DNA from: Macrostomum lignano
Lineage: Eukaryota
NCBI GenBank assembly: GCA_002269645.1
Contig: NIVC01000842.1
Span: 25,837 to 89,836 of the forward strand
DNA length: 64,000 bases
Reading direction: 5' to 3'
The notes below the pieces were generated by a model. That model was not told the origin of the DNA. It worked only from the letters and a program-made list of their open reading frames with translations, and searched no databases. Below, piece by piece: positions 24,501 through 35,703 of the stretch. The translations under genes were made by a program, and so were the position numbers. Each line of letters starts with the position of its first letter. Position 1 is the stretch's first letter.

Positions 24501-27500
24501 AACGCTCGAATGGAAACTCCCAGCGTTTGTCGTTCTGCTCAGCGATGACGCGTTCCACGTACCAATCGGTTGAAATGCCGCCCTCGATGTACAACCTGAA
24601 TGTAGTGAGACATAGCAAAGGTTGGAGCTTTAATGTCATAAATAATTAATGTCGTTAAAACTGACAAAACTGATTTTGATTATTTGATGATGGAGAGGTT
24701 TAGATGAGTATAGAACTTGTACTTCCATAGCATCGGGGATTCACCAGCTGAGTCAGGATGCTTCTTGTAACAATTTAACTTCAATGCCGAATATTTATTA
24801 TTGAGATGACATACATTTTTATATAGAACTTCTCCTCGCAGACAGTGGCGCCAACCTAAGAGACAGGGACGCCAACCTAAGAGACAGTGGCGCCAACCTA
24901 AGAGACACTGGCGCCAACCTACGAGCCTAATGTGCAACCGACAGCTCAGCCGCAGCTATTGCGCGGCGCATCTGAAGGCTGCGTAGGGCTTTTCAGTCCA
25001 ATGACTGGGGTTTGACAAACTTACATGTCAAACTATGGGTGTAAAATGGCACCCATTTTACAGCTGGGTGAACTAAAGTAATGCAGAGTTAAGTGACTTG
25101 CTCAAGGATACAAATTGTTCCAAGTGAGTCGAGATACGAACCCCTGACTTTTCACTCGTGAGTCTGACGCTCTGACCACCAGGCTACAAACCCCTTCAAC
25201 AAAACCAAAACAAAAACAAAAACAAAAACAAAAACTTACTCAATTGTCTTCAAATCGCCAAGCTGCTCATCAGCCTGAATATTGAATTTGTCAGCTTGAC
25301 CGCGTCTATACAAACGACCGTCTTTGTTCTGACGGAATTCTTCCAAGGAAATCTGCTCCGAGGTGGCCTCAGTGCCAGCCAGTTGAATTGTTGCTCGGCC
25401 GTCAGTGTCAGCGCCCATGCGATCGCCGGTCTTCACTGTCACGGTGAAGCGGCGTTCGTTGGCATCGACTGCGTCGCTGTCGTCCTCACCCGTAGCGTCT
25501 TTGACTGTTATGAAGAAAAACCGGATTTCCGTTGTAGAGAATACAGGCAAATATTGATGTTAAAGTTAATAACGTTTACCGTTTCTTTGAATGAATAATA
25601 CTTGTATCTAAGCCATGATGCATGGTGATGCAAGACTACTATCATAATGCAGCCACGTCTCAAGTCAAAATTAGCTTGAAACTACTCAAATACGAGAGTA
25701 GAGGCCCATTAGTAGACTAATTTCTGCCCGAATGCCCTTACAGATTGAAATAAATGTTATGGCTGTTTCAGCACAGCAAAAATGTTGTTAAATATATTGT
25801 ATAGGAACTACGAGTACGTTTACTCACCAACAGGAAGGGTCTCAATTGAATTCTTTTCAATCCAGCGACCGGTTTGGAAGCGCCACTCTCTGCCTCCGTT
25901 GGCCACGGTGATGGTTTCGGGCAGCCAGCCGCTGGTCAGGCCACCGCCCTCCGTCTCCAGCCTTGAATTCAGTGGGAAAGTTTCACACATGACATGCTGG
26001 CCTACCAAGAACTTAACTGAATGAGGCAACACGCAAAATATTAGACGTCCAACAACTCACTCTATGGAATGAATTTCGCCCAGGTTGCTGCCAAATCTAG
26101 CTTTAAACTGATCAGTTTGTCCCCGTTCGAAGCAGTCGATTCGGTCGTTTTTCAGCTGCACTCGGTTGGACCTGCGATCCTCGCCAACCAGCGTGGCGAA
26201 TACCCTGGCGTCCGTGCCTGCCATGGCCTGCGACGAGGTTTGAATAGTGACGACGTACACCTCGTCATCGTTTTCACCCGCGATATCTTCTGTAGAAGTA
26301 TGGTTATTCGGGGTGCAATCAATAAGTCCGATTTCAGGAAATTTCAAAACAAAAACAACAGTTTTATTGTGTTAAAGATTACAAAGGTCCTTCAGGATAA
26401 CGGCTAATGTTGGAGTTATAATAAAGTCAATTAAAAACATCCATATACGCTCGTATTTATTTTAATATTTATATTTAGGCTAGCAAATATTGCTTTCACT
26501 CATCACTTACCAACGGTGAAAGTCTCGCACTCGTTCTTCTCAATCCAGCGACCAGCTGGGAATGTCCATTGCTGGTCACCGCGCGAGACAGTGATCGACT
26601 CAGGACGCCAGCTGGAGCCGATGCCTCCGTCCTCCAGATGAAGTCTTTATAACGTTCAGGTGTTCGGGTAGGGGTGAATCTTGGTTAGTTGAAAAAATTA
26701 AACGTCATAAATAAATCCCTGTCGCTGAATATGACATTTTCTAGCTGACTGATTGTAAGCGGTGCTTACTATTGCTTAACTCCCTTATTTTCCGACCAAG
26801 CAACTGCTTACCATAATACTTTTTATTTAAATTTCCACTGTCATTGATTCCATTCCATTTCCATTGACTACATTTTTCAAAGCAGAGTTTATCAATTTGG
26901 TCTTAACCAACCTCGCTTCAGATGGAGTTGAATTCACTTCCAAGGTCAAATGTTTCTATACGAATAATATAATAATCTACCAGCATTCTACTAAAACAAA
27001 CAAATAAACGAATCATAGTCTATGGTTAAAACATCATTCTCACGTGGGACAATTGGAAGCGTTTCTAGAGGGAACGATTCGTCAAATTTGTAATCTATCT
27101 TTCTGCTACTTTATCGGTCTGATTATTAAAAAAATGAACACACTCACCTGACTGCAGTAAGCTCTCCTAGATCCTCGCGCGCTTTCACCGTAAATTCGTT
27201 GGTAGCACCTCGCTCGAATGTAGTGGCGCCGTCGTATTGCTTTAATGGAAACTTTTTCGAAGTAGCCGAACTTCCGATAAGTTCAATGAAGGCAGGGGCC
27301 TCGGTGCCGGATCCGATCTCATCAAAGGTCGCTATTATCACTTGGTATTCCACCCTTTCTCTCCCAATACTGCTGCTTCTGCTGCTCTTACTGCTGACGC
27401 TAGCGCCGCGGCTTCGGCTGCTACTAGAAGATGAGGAGTCCTTGTCTACAAGTGCAGGTTGAAGTATTGAATTTGTAAGCATTAGTAGTCAAGACAGTGA

Positions 27501-30500
27501 ATATCAATGTCTCAATGATCTGCCTCTGGATTCTAACAAATTTGTATTGTATCCGAGACGAATACGAGTATATCCTCATATAATTTAATTATACGTTCCT
27601 TTACATATATGACTCGTACACACTCAAAGGATGCTCGTGAGCACCCTGGCGCAACGTCTTGCGAGATCTCGTAGCACAACAACCAGAGCTGAGGCATTTC
27701 TGCCCATTCTGCTACAAGCGCACCGATACCGTTCTCAGGCACGCACTCACACACACGCTCACACAGAGTGTACAACGGCCCTGGCTTTTTAACTGTCAGA
27801 TATTTACACTCTGTGACTTGGGCCCTCATGGTTAGTAAGCGCACGACAACCTTCTCGAATGTTCGAGCGCAAGCCTTAAATTAATGAGGCCACGCTCTGA
27901 ATCGAACCAGGGGTCGTAACGTCAGACGCTTTTTTGCTAAGCAACTCAGCCTCTCATCCTAAAAGAAAGTTCTCTGAATTCAGGAAGCTTATGCTTCGCA
28001 TCATGAAAGTGAAATAAGTTCCCTCAAAGACTATCCGCAGGGTGAACGTATCTCTGGACTCGCAGGACCTTCTCGCAAAGATTATCGAGTCGCAAAATTG
28101 GATTAATTTCTGTCTCTGCATAGAAACTACGCAAATAAATGCCGTAAAGAAGCATAAAAAGACGTGCAGTCTACGACATGCGCCATGATGTGGATGAAGA
28201 CGGCTATAGTACTCAAATCTAACCCTCGATCAGAATAGATCAGTTAGTAAAGCAGCTGGGAATAGGGGAGACGATGATCTCAGTTTTCTTTCTTAACCCT
28301 CTCTCATATGCGTTGCATGCTCTCTCTCTTTGCTTGTAGGACCATCTGCTATATTCACCGCAGTTGTTGTCCGACATTAGGGACCTCTCATCGAGGCTTC
28401 TATTGGAGCATCCCTGAGACTATTAACTGGGTCAAACAGAAAGAGAAACGGGGATGGAGACGCGCACACACAGAAACAGACGACAGAGCTCAGCGAGAGA
28501 ATTATGGAGAAGCATGATCTCGCATCGGAGTATTTGCGGACGGGTTTGTCCGGCCAGAGATCCTTTTTTGCTTGATTATGAGCAGACTAAATTTCTTTTA
28601 CAATTTAGGGACTGTAAGGCCTCCAAATCGACTGCTACAATGTTTAAAGCTAATCAGTAGAATAGTCAGCACTCACCGGATCGCTTGCCTCGTTTGTCAT
28701 GGTCCGACTCGTCCTGGAAGTCGTCGTCGTAGGCTGAAATGCAACATTGGACGGTTAGTTTAGTGGTCTGTTGTAAATTTAGTTGAACAGAAGAAGACGA
28801 AATGGTGGCATTATGATTGCGACTGTCATTGCTGCACTGGCTGGTTGAATTGTGACTAGCATGGAATAGAGCCGCCTGGTGCACCAGCTGCCTCACTAAA
28901 GCCAGTTTCTGGCAAGGCAGCATGCTTGCTACGCGGTCCAAGTATTTCGCGATATAAACAAATGGATCAAAAATCGAATAAATATGGCCATGCGAGCATG
29001 TGAGAGATTCATAGGCCATTTGATTGGTTAGCATTGGCTGGATGATCGGAAATTACTTTACCATTGGTTGTTTATCATAGGGATGTCGACATCGCTTATT
29101 GGTTGCGTTGGAAACAACTGATCAGTTTGTGAGCTCAGCGAGTCATTCAGCTCGCTACGAGTATTGCAGTGTTAATTTATAAAAATTTGCTTCGATTTCG
29201 CTAATAAATAGACAGGTAGTAGGACAGCTATAAAAATTAAATGAAACTATAAAGTGTAATTATCAAATAGATAGACAGACAGCCACAACATCGAGAAAGA
29301 GAGGAAATCCAAAAGACTCTAGCGAGCTTTCTCGAATTGTCGATGATTTACTACCTGACGCAGGTGGCTTTCTGTCAGCCATGGCCGATGATGGACGAGG
29401 TCCAGATTTAGCCGAAACTGGCCTGCTCGATTTCGACATCGAGCTGTGACGACTTCGTCGACTACGATGACTGGCTGAGCCAGATGATGAAGAAGCAACT
29501 GTTGCTGCTTCTGGAAGCAGTTGGAAGTTGTCCAAGCGGGATGTCAGTTGTTTTGTTTGTTAGGTAGGTGCCAGCGAGGAGGCAGGAAGTCATGCTAGCT
29601 CGTATCCCATAAGTACAGATAGGTACGCAGGCACACGTTCATACAGGATGCACAGCGTTCCTGGTTTAGCCAAGCATGCACACAATTTGACAATATGAGG
29701 GCCCTCAAAGACGCGAATCATACAACGGGCCAATTTTTTGTGAACTTTTGACTCTTTTATTCCTCGATCTAAGCTCGGTTCTATCTTCAAATCGTATTAT
29801 AAGATATTCCTGGAAAATGACGCTGGCTTGCTAAGGATAGCAGATTTTGTATGCAGATGTTCTATGCATATGAACAGGTGCTCATATGCATCGAGAGATG
29901 CACATTTCTCATCCGCTCTCAGCCCTCTAGATTGTTCGAAATATTCGCAATATGATAGCTAATATATTCTTCCTCAGAGGGAATCCATATATGCCTCTGA
30001 TTGTAGAATTATTTCCACGAAGCAAATAAGACAGCAATGGACTCGGCACGCCTGGGTGACTGATCTAACAATTATTCATTGCGTAAATCATCTTCATTGT
30101 GGCAGCGTGAAATGAATTACTAGCAAATTTACGATCGCAATAATGTAGATTTCTATTCAATTTGATAGATGAAATGGCGCAGTGAATTAAGTAAATCAAG
30201 TGACATTTTGTAATTCCAATTGTCGCATGCTAGATACTATACTCATAGTTGGATCAACGAGATTCTAATGCTCAATTTAATTTCAAGAGTATTTTGTGAA
30301 CAATTTTTGACGCGACAATTTCCATAGGTGAAATAGTGAGAACTGCGTTTTTCTAACTGCCGAGTTCCCACCTTCGACGGCTGCATTGTTGTTATCTGAT
30401 TGCTCGACAACGTTCAAGTTGTTGTTGTCGTTAGTTTTGCTCTTTGTATCGCTGTCTGTATCGCTGCCTGTATCAGTGTCGTCCAACGGTATTTCCACTG

Positions 30501-33500
30501 GTTCCTGTAAAGTGTCCTTTTCAGCCTCCTCCTCCGTTGTCTGCTTTGGCATTGCTGTATCCTCTTGTTCTACAAGCGGCACCTCTTCTTCCTTGCGTGC
30601 CGGCGCACTTGCTGACGGCTCACTATCCTGCGGATGCTCTGAATCCGGCACAGCTTGACCGTCAGGTCGAGGGTTCAACGATGACTCCGGTTCCTTTGGG
30701 TCTCTGTCGGCTTGCGTCGAATCTTCGGCTTCTTTGTTTGCAATATTTTTAGTGTAGAACAAAGTTATTTTTATGTAGTTACTGTCCCTGATCTTAAACT
30801 CTTGTTACCCTACTGAGAGTAGATAATACTGTGTGGTGGTTATTTAGCCAATTTTTAGCCTAGTTACCAGTAAATGCTAGTGGTTTTTACTTGACTTTAA
30901 ATTTTTTAAACCACGACTCGTATTAAGATTTGGATTTGTATGTTATTGAGGGTTTTAAGGAGGCTCAGCCTCTGTCGTTCGCACTTTGTTTCGTAGATCC
31001 TTACGAGCTAATTAGTGACTCACTTTTCTGCGGTTTCCTTCGACCAGAAGAAGTGCTCTCTTTCTTGGCCTTTTCTTTCTTGCCGCGTCCCTCCTTCAGC
31101 TGTTCCTCTACCTGGCATCTGAATTGTAATGTGTTTTAGTTTTGAATTATAAAACATTACAAAACAAGCGTCTCAGTTACAATGACGCAAGTAGCTACAC
31201 TACATTAGTTTTAAAACAGTAAAGTAATTGAAGCACTTCAAGCACCCACCTGTAGCACGGCGCCGCCTCGGACACGCTGACAAAACCGAAGTGGCCGGTC
31301 TTCGAGCCGAGTCTCACGCCAGTCCTGTGCTTGTACTCGCAGCAGGCGCTCACCCTCGAGTCCATCACGCCGTCGATGTAAAGAGACAACGAGAACGGGT
31401 AGCCACGATGGCGCCGACTCACGAATGTGAAGTCCTCTGAAAATTGTAGTTGTCGATTAGTTTGTTAACGGACCACTACAGGGGCGATCCTCAGTAGAAG
31501 TTGTTAGGAGGATATGCCAATGTTTTGTCTCGAATTTCGCCTTTCACTAGTTAATCATTAACTCACCGCCAGGCTTCACCAGTCCGTAGAACACCCGGAG
31601 CGTGTTGCCGCCAGAGTGCTGCTGCATCACCGTCACCTCTTGGCCGTCATGGCCAGGCCCGTCGTGCGGTATCTTCAGCGCCGGACCGTAATAGTGCAGC
31701 GTCACCTTGCAGAGGCTCTGGTAGGAGGCCTGCTTGTCGAGCGCTGGCTCGGCCCTATGCAGCCGGAGTCTTCCAACCCTCGACTTGCCACCCCTCTTTT
31801 TCTTTCGCTTCTCGTCTTCAACTTCGCCTTCGTCGCTCAGATCTTCGACGTCGTCGTCATCAGAGTCCCGACGAGCCGCCGCCGCTCCCGGTCTTGCAGC
31901 CGATTTTGGCCGGCCGCTGCGCGAACGATTCCGACGTCCCGGCGATGGCGAATTACCGGTGCTACGTCGACGAGGCTGCGAGGAGGCCCGATGGGAGCTG
32001 AGATTCGAACCACCGCCACCGCCTCGAGCTTCGTTGCGACGCATTGATTCTAGAATGTTGGCGTATTCCTGCAGCGCCACGCTGTCCAAAGTGAGCAGAT
32101 GCTTCGAATCGATCTCTGCCCGAGGAAATTGGCGACGAAGTCGTCGGCGCTGCACGGTGTCCGGGTGCGGCGGAAGGCCCGACGGTTCCGGCTGAAGTTG
32201 GGAAAGTTTTCGAGGTTCGAGGAGGCCTTGTTATAGTTATCAGTTAACCAGGCGACTTCACACGCTGATTTCACGTATGCTTGCATTGTAAGCGTTATTA
32301 GTACTCAGCTTATCCTCGCACAAACGCAAACTAAATTACCTCTTCGTCTCCGTCGCCCTCCTCGGCATCGCCGCCAATCCGATTGGGTCGCTGCTTTCTA
32401 CGGCGAATGCCAGACGACGTGGCAGCTCCTGGGTCTAGCAGAGGCATCAGGTCTTCGTCCCCGCGGCGGTTGCGTTCGTTCTGTTTGGAAATATTTTAGT
32501 AGAAAGCATAGATAAACGTCATAAACGTCATAGGAGAAACAAAAATATCGAAGTCCTGTGGAGCTTCTTAACTGACGAGTGACAAAAATCAATTGACAGA
32601 TTGTCTTTGGATTACGAATGAAAATGAGTGACAAGGTGATAAAAAATCAAACTCAAAACGTTTAATTTTCAACGGGATGACTGTGCTGACTGACCGCTAT
32701 CCCTCAAATCAAAGTAAATTGACGAAAAGCAGTAAATAAATACAATGGTGAATTTAAAAACTGAAATTGACTGTAGAATCTTCTGCAGTACCAAACGCCT
32801 CGGCAGACGCTCTTGATCTCCGCTAATTAGCGAAGACACATCGCTGGATGCGGCGCTACTACGCTGCGTGTCAAGCAGCAACTGTGGCAGAGGTGGCGAG
32901 TTTTGACGTCGTTGCTGACGCAGCTGGAGACGCCGTCCGTCGTGATGACCGGCCGAGAGCGTCGAGTTGGCTGCGGCTTGGGCCGTAACCTGCGCCAAGC
33001 TGGTGGGCGTCAGGTGCGCCAGTAGACCGCCGCGATCTTCTGGCCTAGCCTGACCCTTTGTTGCGGTGTGCGACCCCGGGAATAGAATTAGAGTTTGTAA
33101 TAGAGGTATATAGCAGTAACGGACCAGTATATCAACCCGACGTCAGGGACGTCGGCCCACTTTTTCAACATCTTTCGACTTCGCTGGAAAATGGATACTT
33201 TCCACTGCACAGACCTGTACGCATGACGTCATCACCTATCATTTTCAGTTGATTTGTAACAGAAGATTGAAGACGATATGACGAAGTGCAGTCACGTTAA
33301 CTTGGGGCTAAATTGGAATCTGGGCTTGGTTCTGGTCGTGAAATTAACGCCCTTGAGGGCCAACCGGCCCAAGGCACAGTAAAGAGTACATGCCTAACGA
33401 TAAATAAAGTTAGGGCCGCTGTACACTCCTGTGTGAGGGTGTGCCGGTACGCGTATGTGCCTGCTCAGGGACGTCGGCGGAATGGGCAGTAATGCCTGTC

Positions 33501-34044
33501 ACCGGTTGTATGACAATGTCGCTTAAAGTGCATCAGGGCGCCACACAGCCCTCTGCCTCTAATAAAGAAGTATGCCTGACGCTATAACTACTACTGTCTT
33601 GAAAATTAACTTTTGAAAAGTAGTGCTTTATAACACTGCGTCCTGTTTCTGTCTCTAATCTCACCTTGATTCGCCTGACGTGCTCCATTTTGGCAATCTC
33701 CTCCAGTTTGCGTCGAATATCGACTTGACGTTTGCGCTCGAGATCAAGCGACTTGTGCACAATGGCCTGGGCAAGCATGTCCCTCACGTGGCGTTTGTGC
33801 TCTTTTCGGGCCATCTTGAGCCTGTACACTGGCTCGGGCACGACTTCGCCAGTTCGAGTGATCTGGTTGGTTGAGTAGTTGTGTGGGTAGCAAAAATATA
33901 GCGTTTAAAAACTATTTCGTTTAAAATCTTAAAATAAATCCAAGCCATACCAAGCCAGCCTTGACCAGGTGACGCCACTTTGCTCTGTTATTAAAGTAGC
34001 CAGCCAGGTGCTCATCCTTCAGGCTGTTGTACTGGGCCAAAGGC
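16958..34044 (-). CDS. Predicted 27-exon gene: DUF4590 (ERICH3-like), low-complexity linker, PLAT x3, acidic/coiled coil, PLAT, acidic linker, RI-type LRR; about 1,900 aa; first (ATG) exon not located
   Basis: Phase-consistent exons: 34044-33951, 33862-33665, 33049-32792, 32480-32340, 32191-31567, 31436-31250, 31118-31024, 30731-30372, 29510-29355, 28733-28677, 27445-27148, 26644-26511, 26289-26061, 25961-25828, 25504-25240, 24595-24418, 24320-24230, 23875-23726, 23261-23196, 22629-22573, 22499-22431, 21802-21473, 21364-21214, 21133-21031, 20797-20219, 18543-18220, 17371-16958 (TGA). Linker exon boundaries are less certain than domain exons. Confidence 0.65.
17570..18127. mobile_element. Foldback/MITE-like element in the LRR intron
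   Basis: Arms 17570-17687 and 18002-18127 are imperfect inverted repeats, with a perfect inner 18-mer TAGGAGGCAGACCCAATG / CATTGGGTCTGCCTCCTA. Confidence 0.7.
19000..19606 (-). mobile_element. Internally deleted IS630/Tc1-like transposon
   Basis: About 130-bp TIRs (19000-19130, 19473-19606). The interior encodes LPPYSPFLNPVENAHACLKAA, the DDE C-terminal LPPYSP.LNPIE motif. Confidence 0.85.
20700..27345 (-). CDS. Four PLAT/LH2 domains within the large gene
   Basis: YQVIIAT..GSGTEA..FERG..LGEL..WRPESI..GRWI; YVVTIQT..AGTDA..FERGQTDQF..LGEI; FTVTVKTGDRMGADTD..GQADKF..LGDL..WYVERV..FPFERW; YKIRFVT..AGTHA..DLG..WLLSRVEV..FPCGKW. Confidence 0.9.
21888..22248 (-). mobile_element. tRNA-derived SINE, type A, full length with TSD
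   Basis: Head GGGGGCCGTAGCCCAGCGG (A box) and GGCTCGATTCC (B box); tail ccctgcctctaataaaa. An 18-bp TSD aacgtcaagtcgatgttt sits at 21870-21887 and 22249-22266. Other copies occur in the window. Confidence 0.9.
22705..22992 (-). mobile_element. tRNA-derived CORE-like SINE, type B, copy 1
   Basis: Head GGGGGTTGTAGCCTTAGTGG..GGTTTGATTCC, then gtgccttgagcaag..cagttcacccagctgtaaaatggg (CORE-like). Second copy at 24929. Confidence 0.8.
24841..24921. repeat. Short 21-bp tandem repeat x4 (gacagtggcgccaacctaaga)
   Basis: Directly visible; abuts the SINE B tail. Confidence 0.9.
24929..25194 (-). mobile_element. tRNA-derived CORE-like SINE, type B, copy 2
   Basis: Homologous to 22705-22992. Contains ccttgagcaagtcacttaactct...ctgtaaaatggg, close to the CORE consensus. 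Confidence 0.8.
27610..27951 (-). mobile_element. tRNA-derived SINE, type C (different head, body related to type A)
   Basis: Head GGCTGAGTTGCTTAGC..GGTTCGATTC. Shares caccctggcgca, ggcatt.ctgcccattc and cacacag.agtgtaca.cggccct with type A. Confidence 0.65.
29023..29115 (-). promoter_or_regulatory. Candidate internal promoter: four CCAAT boxes plus an X-box
   Basis: ATTGG at 29023, 29033, 29063 and 29098; GTTGCGTTGGAAAC at 29102-29115. The ATG at 29034 opens a frame continuous with exon 28733-28677. Confidence 0.4.
31024..34044 (-). CDS. ERICH3-like N-terminal region including DUF4590
   Basis: PLAQYNSLKDEHLAGYFNN..RHLVKAGL|ITRTGEV..RDMLAQAIVHKSLDLER; QQHSGGNTLRVF; FVSRRHRGYPFSLSLYIDG..SACCEYKHRTGVRLG..GHFGFVSV..APCYRC. 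These closely match ERICH3/C1orf173 motifs as recalled. Confidence 0.88.
33285..33566 (+). mobile_element. SINE type A copy, 5'-truncated and diverged
   Basis: aagtgcagtcac..ttggggct..agggccgctgtacactcctgtgtg..gcctctaataaa. Confidence 0.85.
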
Positions 34045-35703
34045 CTAAAATATGTAAGATTTTTGTTTATAAGAAACGAATTCGTTTATTAAAAACGATT
34101 ATTACGATTACAATCAGTGAACAAAAACTAAAAAGAAAAAGAAACAAATGACTCTCATTAAAGCCTACTAAAAGGAAAAAAATTAGGAACACAATTTCCG
34201 AATAAACCCTCTAAAAATCGACAGTATATTTATACTGTTTAATTTCGGGATAGTTATTTAACGTAATGCAATGTAATGTAATTTCTTTATCCACCCAGAA
34301 TGTCAGTTAATTTTAGTTGTATTAAAAAACGTATTGAAAAAGAAATAAAGCAAAGGGTAGTCATAGATGAATTGGGCAATGATAAGTTAGATCGAAAGCA
34401 AGCTTGCTTGCAATCTGGGAAATGCTTGCATGCTGTCAGGGGTTGCTTGCTGTGTAGGGATGTTTTCTTTTAGAGGAAATGTCTGTTGTTTTTTCGTTGT
34501 CTATTTGTTACTTGTAAATAACAAAGATTCTATCCAGATGTCCCCCATTGGGGGGCGAAGATTGCTAGTAAAATTCTATAAATTAGACTGGACATTTTAA
34601 TTGATACATTTCAGAAGAGTAATTAGCTTCAAAAGAAAGCCAAATCTTAATTAAAAAGTTTTGGTATCGTTGCAACACGACCTGTACTATTAAAAAGGGT
34701 AATTTCGTACAGGCTATCGGCCATAAAGTTGATTAAGTCCAGTTCAACATTTGTCATGTACGAGTGTATACGCTCGTAAATAGCTAATAGCAGTATAATT
34801 TGTAACAAAAACATAACAAGAAGCAGATTATATTATACAATTAAGGACAATCGGTTTATAATAAAACAATATAAATTTCCCTATGCTATAAAACGATTTT
34901 TTTAATATCGATAAAGTATGATCATACGATTAAGTGCGAATTTATCGATCTGTCGGTAAAAAAATGCACTCCAGGCTCCAGCTAACCTATGCATGTCTAC
35001 TCACTTCATACATGCAAGTAAAAAGTGCCTAAATGGTAAAAAGTGCCTACGTAATTTTTATAGACAGCTAACTTAAAACATAAGCTGAATTAGAGTAATT
35101 CAGTGATAGACAATGAAGTTCCTGAAGTTACCAATTTGTTTGTAATTGTAAAAAAAACTTGTGGTAATTTACCACTGGTAAATACTGTAAATATGGCAAT
35201 TATAATTGAACTTAAAGTCGAGCTTTTACTGTAAATATTTAATTGAAACAAAAAGGGAGAACCGATACTTTTAAATGCACAAACATACCCAGTTTCTGGT
35301 TTTGCCATGTCAATTGTGTCAAAAAGATTGAAATCTAGCACTTTTGCTGAAACAAAAATGAAAGAAAAAAGAGAAATTAAAAAGTTGAAAAATGTCTTAG
35401 ATATTCACTTATAAACAGATTTTTCTGTTTAATTTTGCAACTTAATCAAGTTTTTATCAGTGCAATTTGCAAAATATTATTAAATTTATGTTATTTAGGC
35501 GAAACTTTATTATTTAATGCAACAATCTAGATGTTTTTTGTTTTAACGTTTGTTGAGCTACTATTTTTAAATTTTGCTAAATAAACTGGATCGCATTTCC
35601 AACTGTGCGCTCTCTCTTACCAGAAGTTGTGTTTCTTTTACCCTGTAAAGAGTGACGGTGCTGTATTTACCTATAAAGTTACCCAAAACACGTAGCGTAA
35701 TAT

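Noticed and set aside
20215-33874. Plus-strand and alternative-frame ORFs overlapping the large gene (for example 20321-20836, 21372-21767, 31616-32195)
   Set aside because: Antisense shadows of GC-rich exons with no recognisable domains.
34100-35650. Start exon of the ERICH3-like gene and a weak X-box (ggtatcgttgcaac, 34663-34676)
   Set aside because: No ATG plus phase-2 donor combination was found, and the motif is too degenerate to call.
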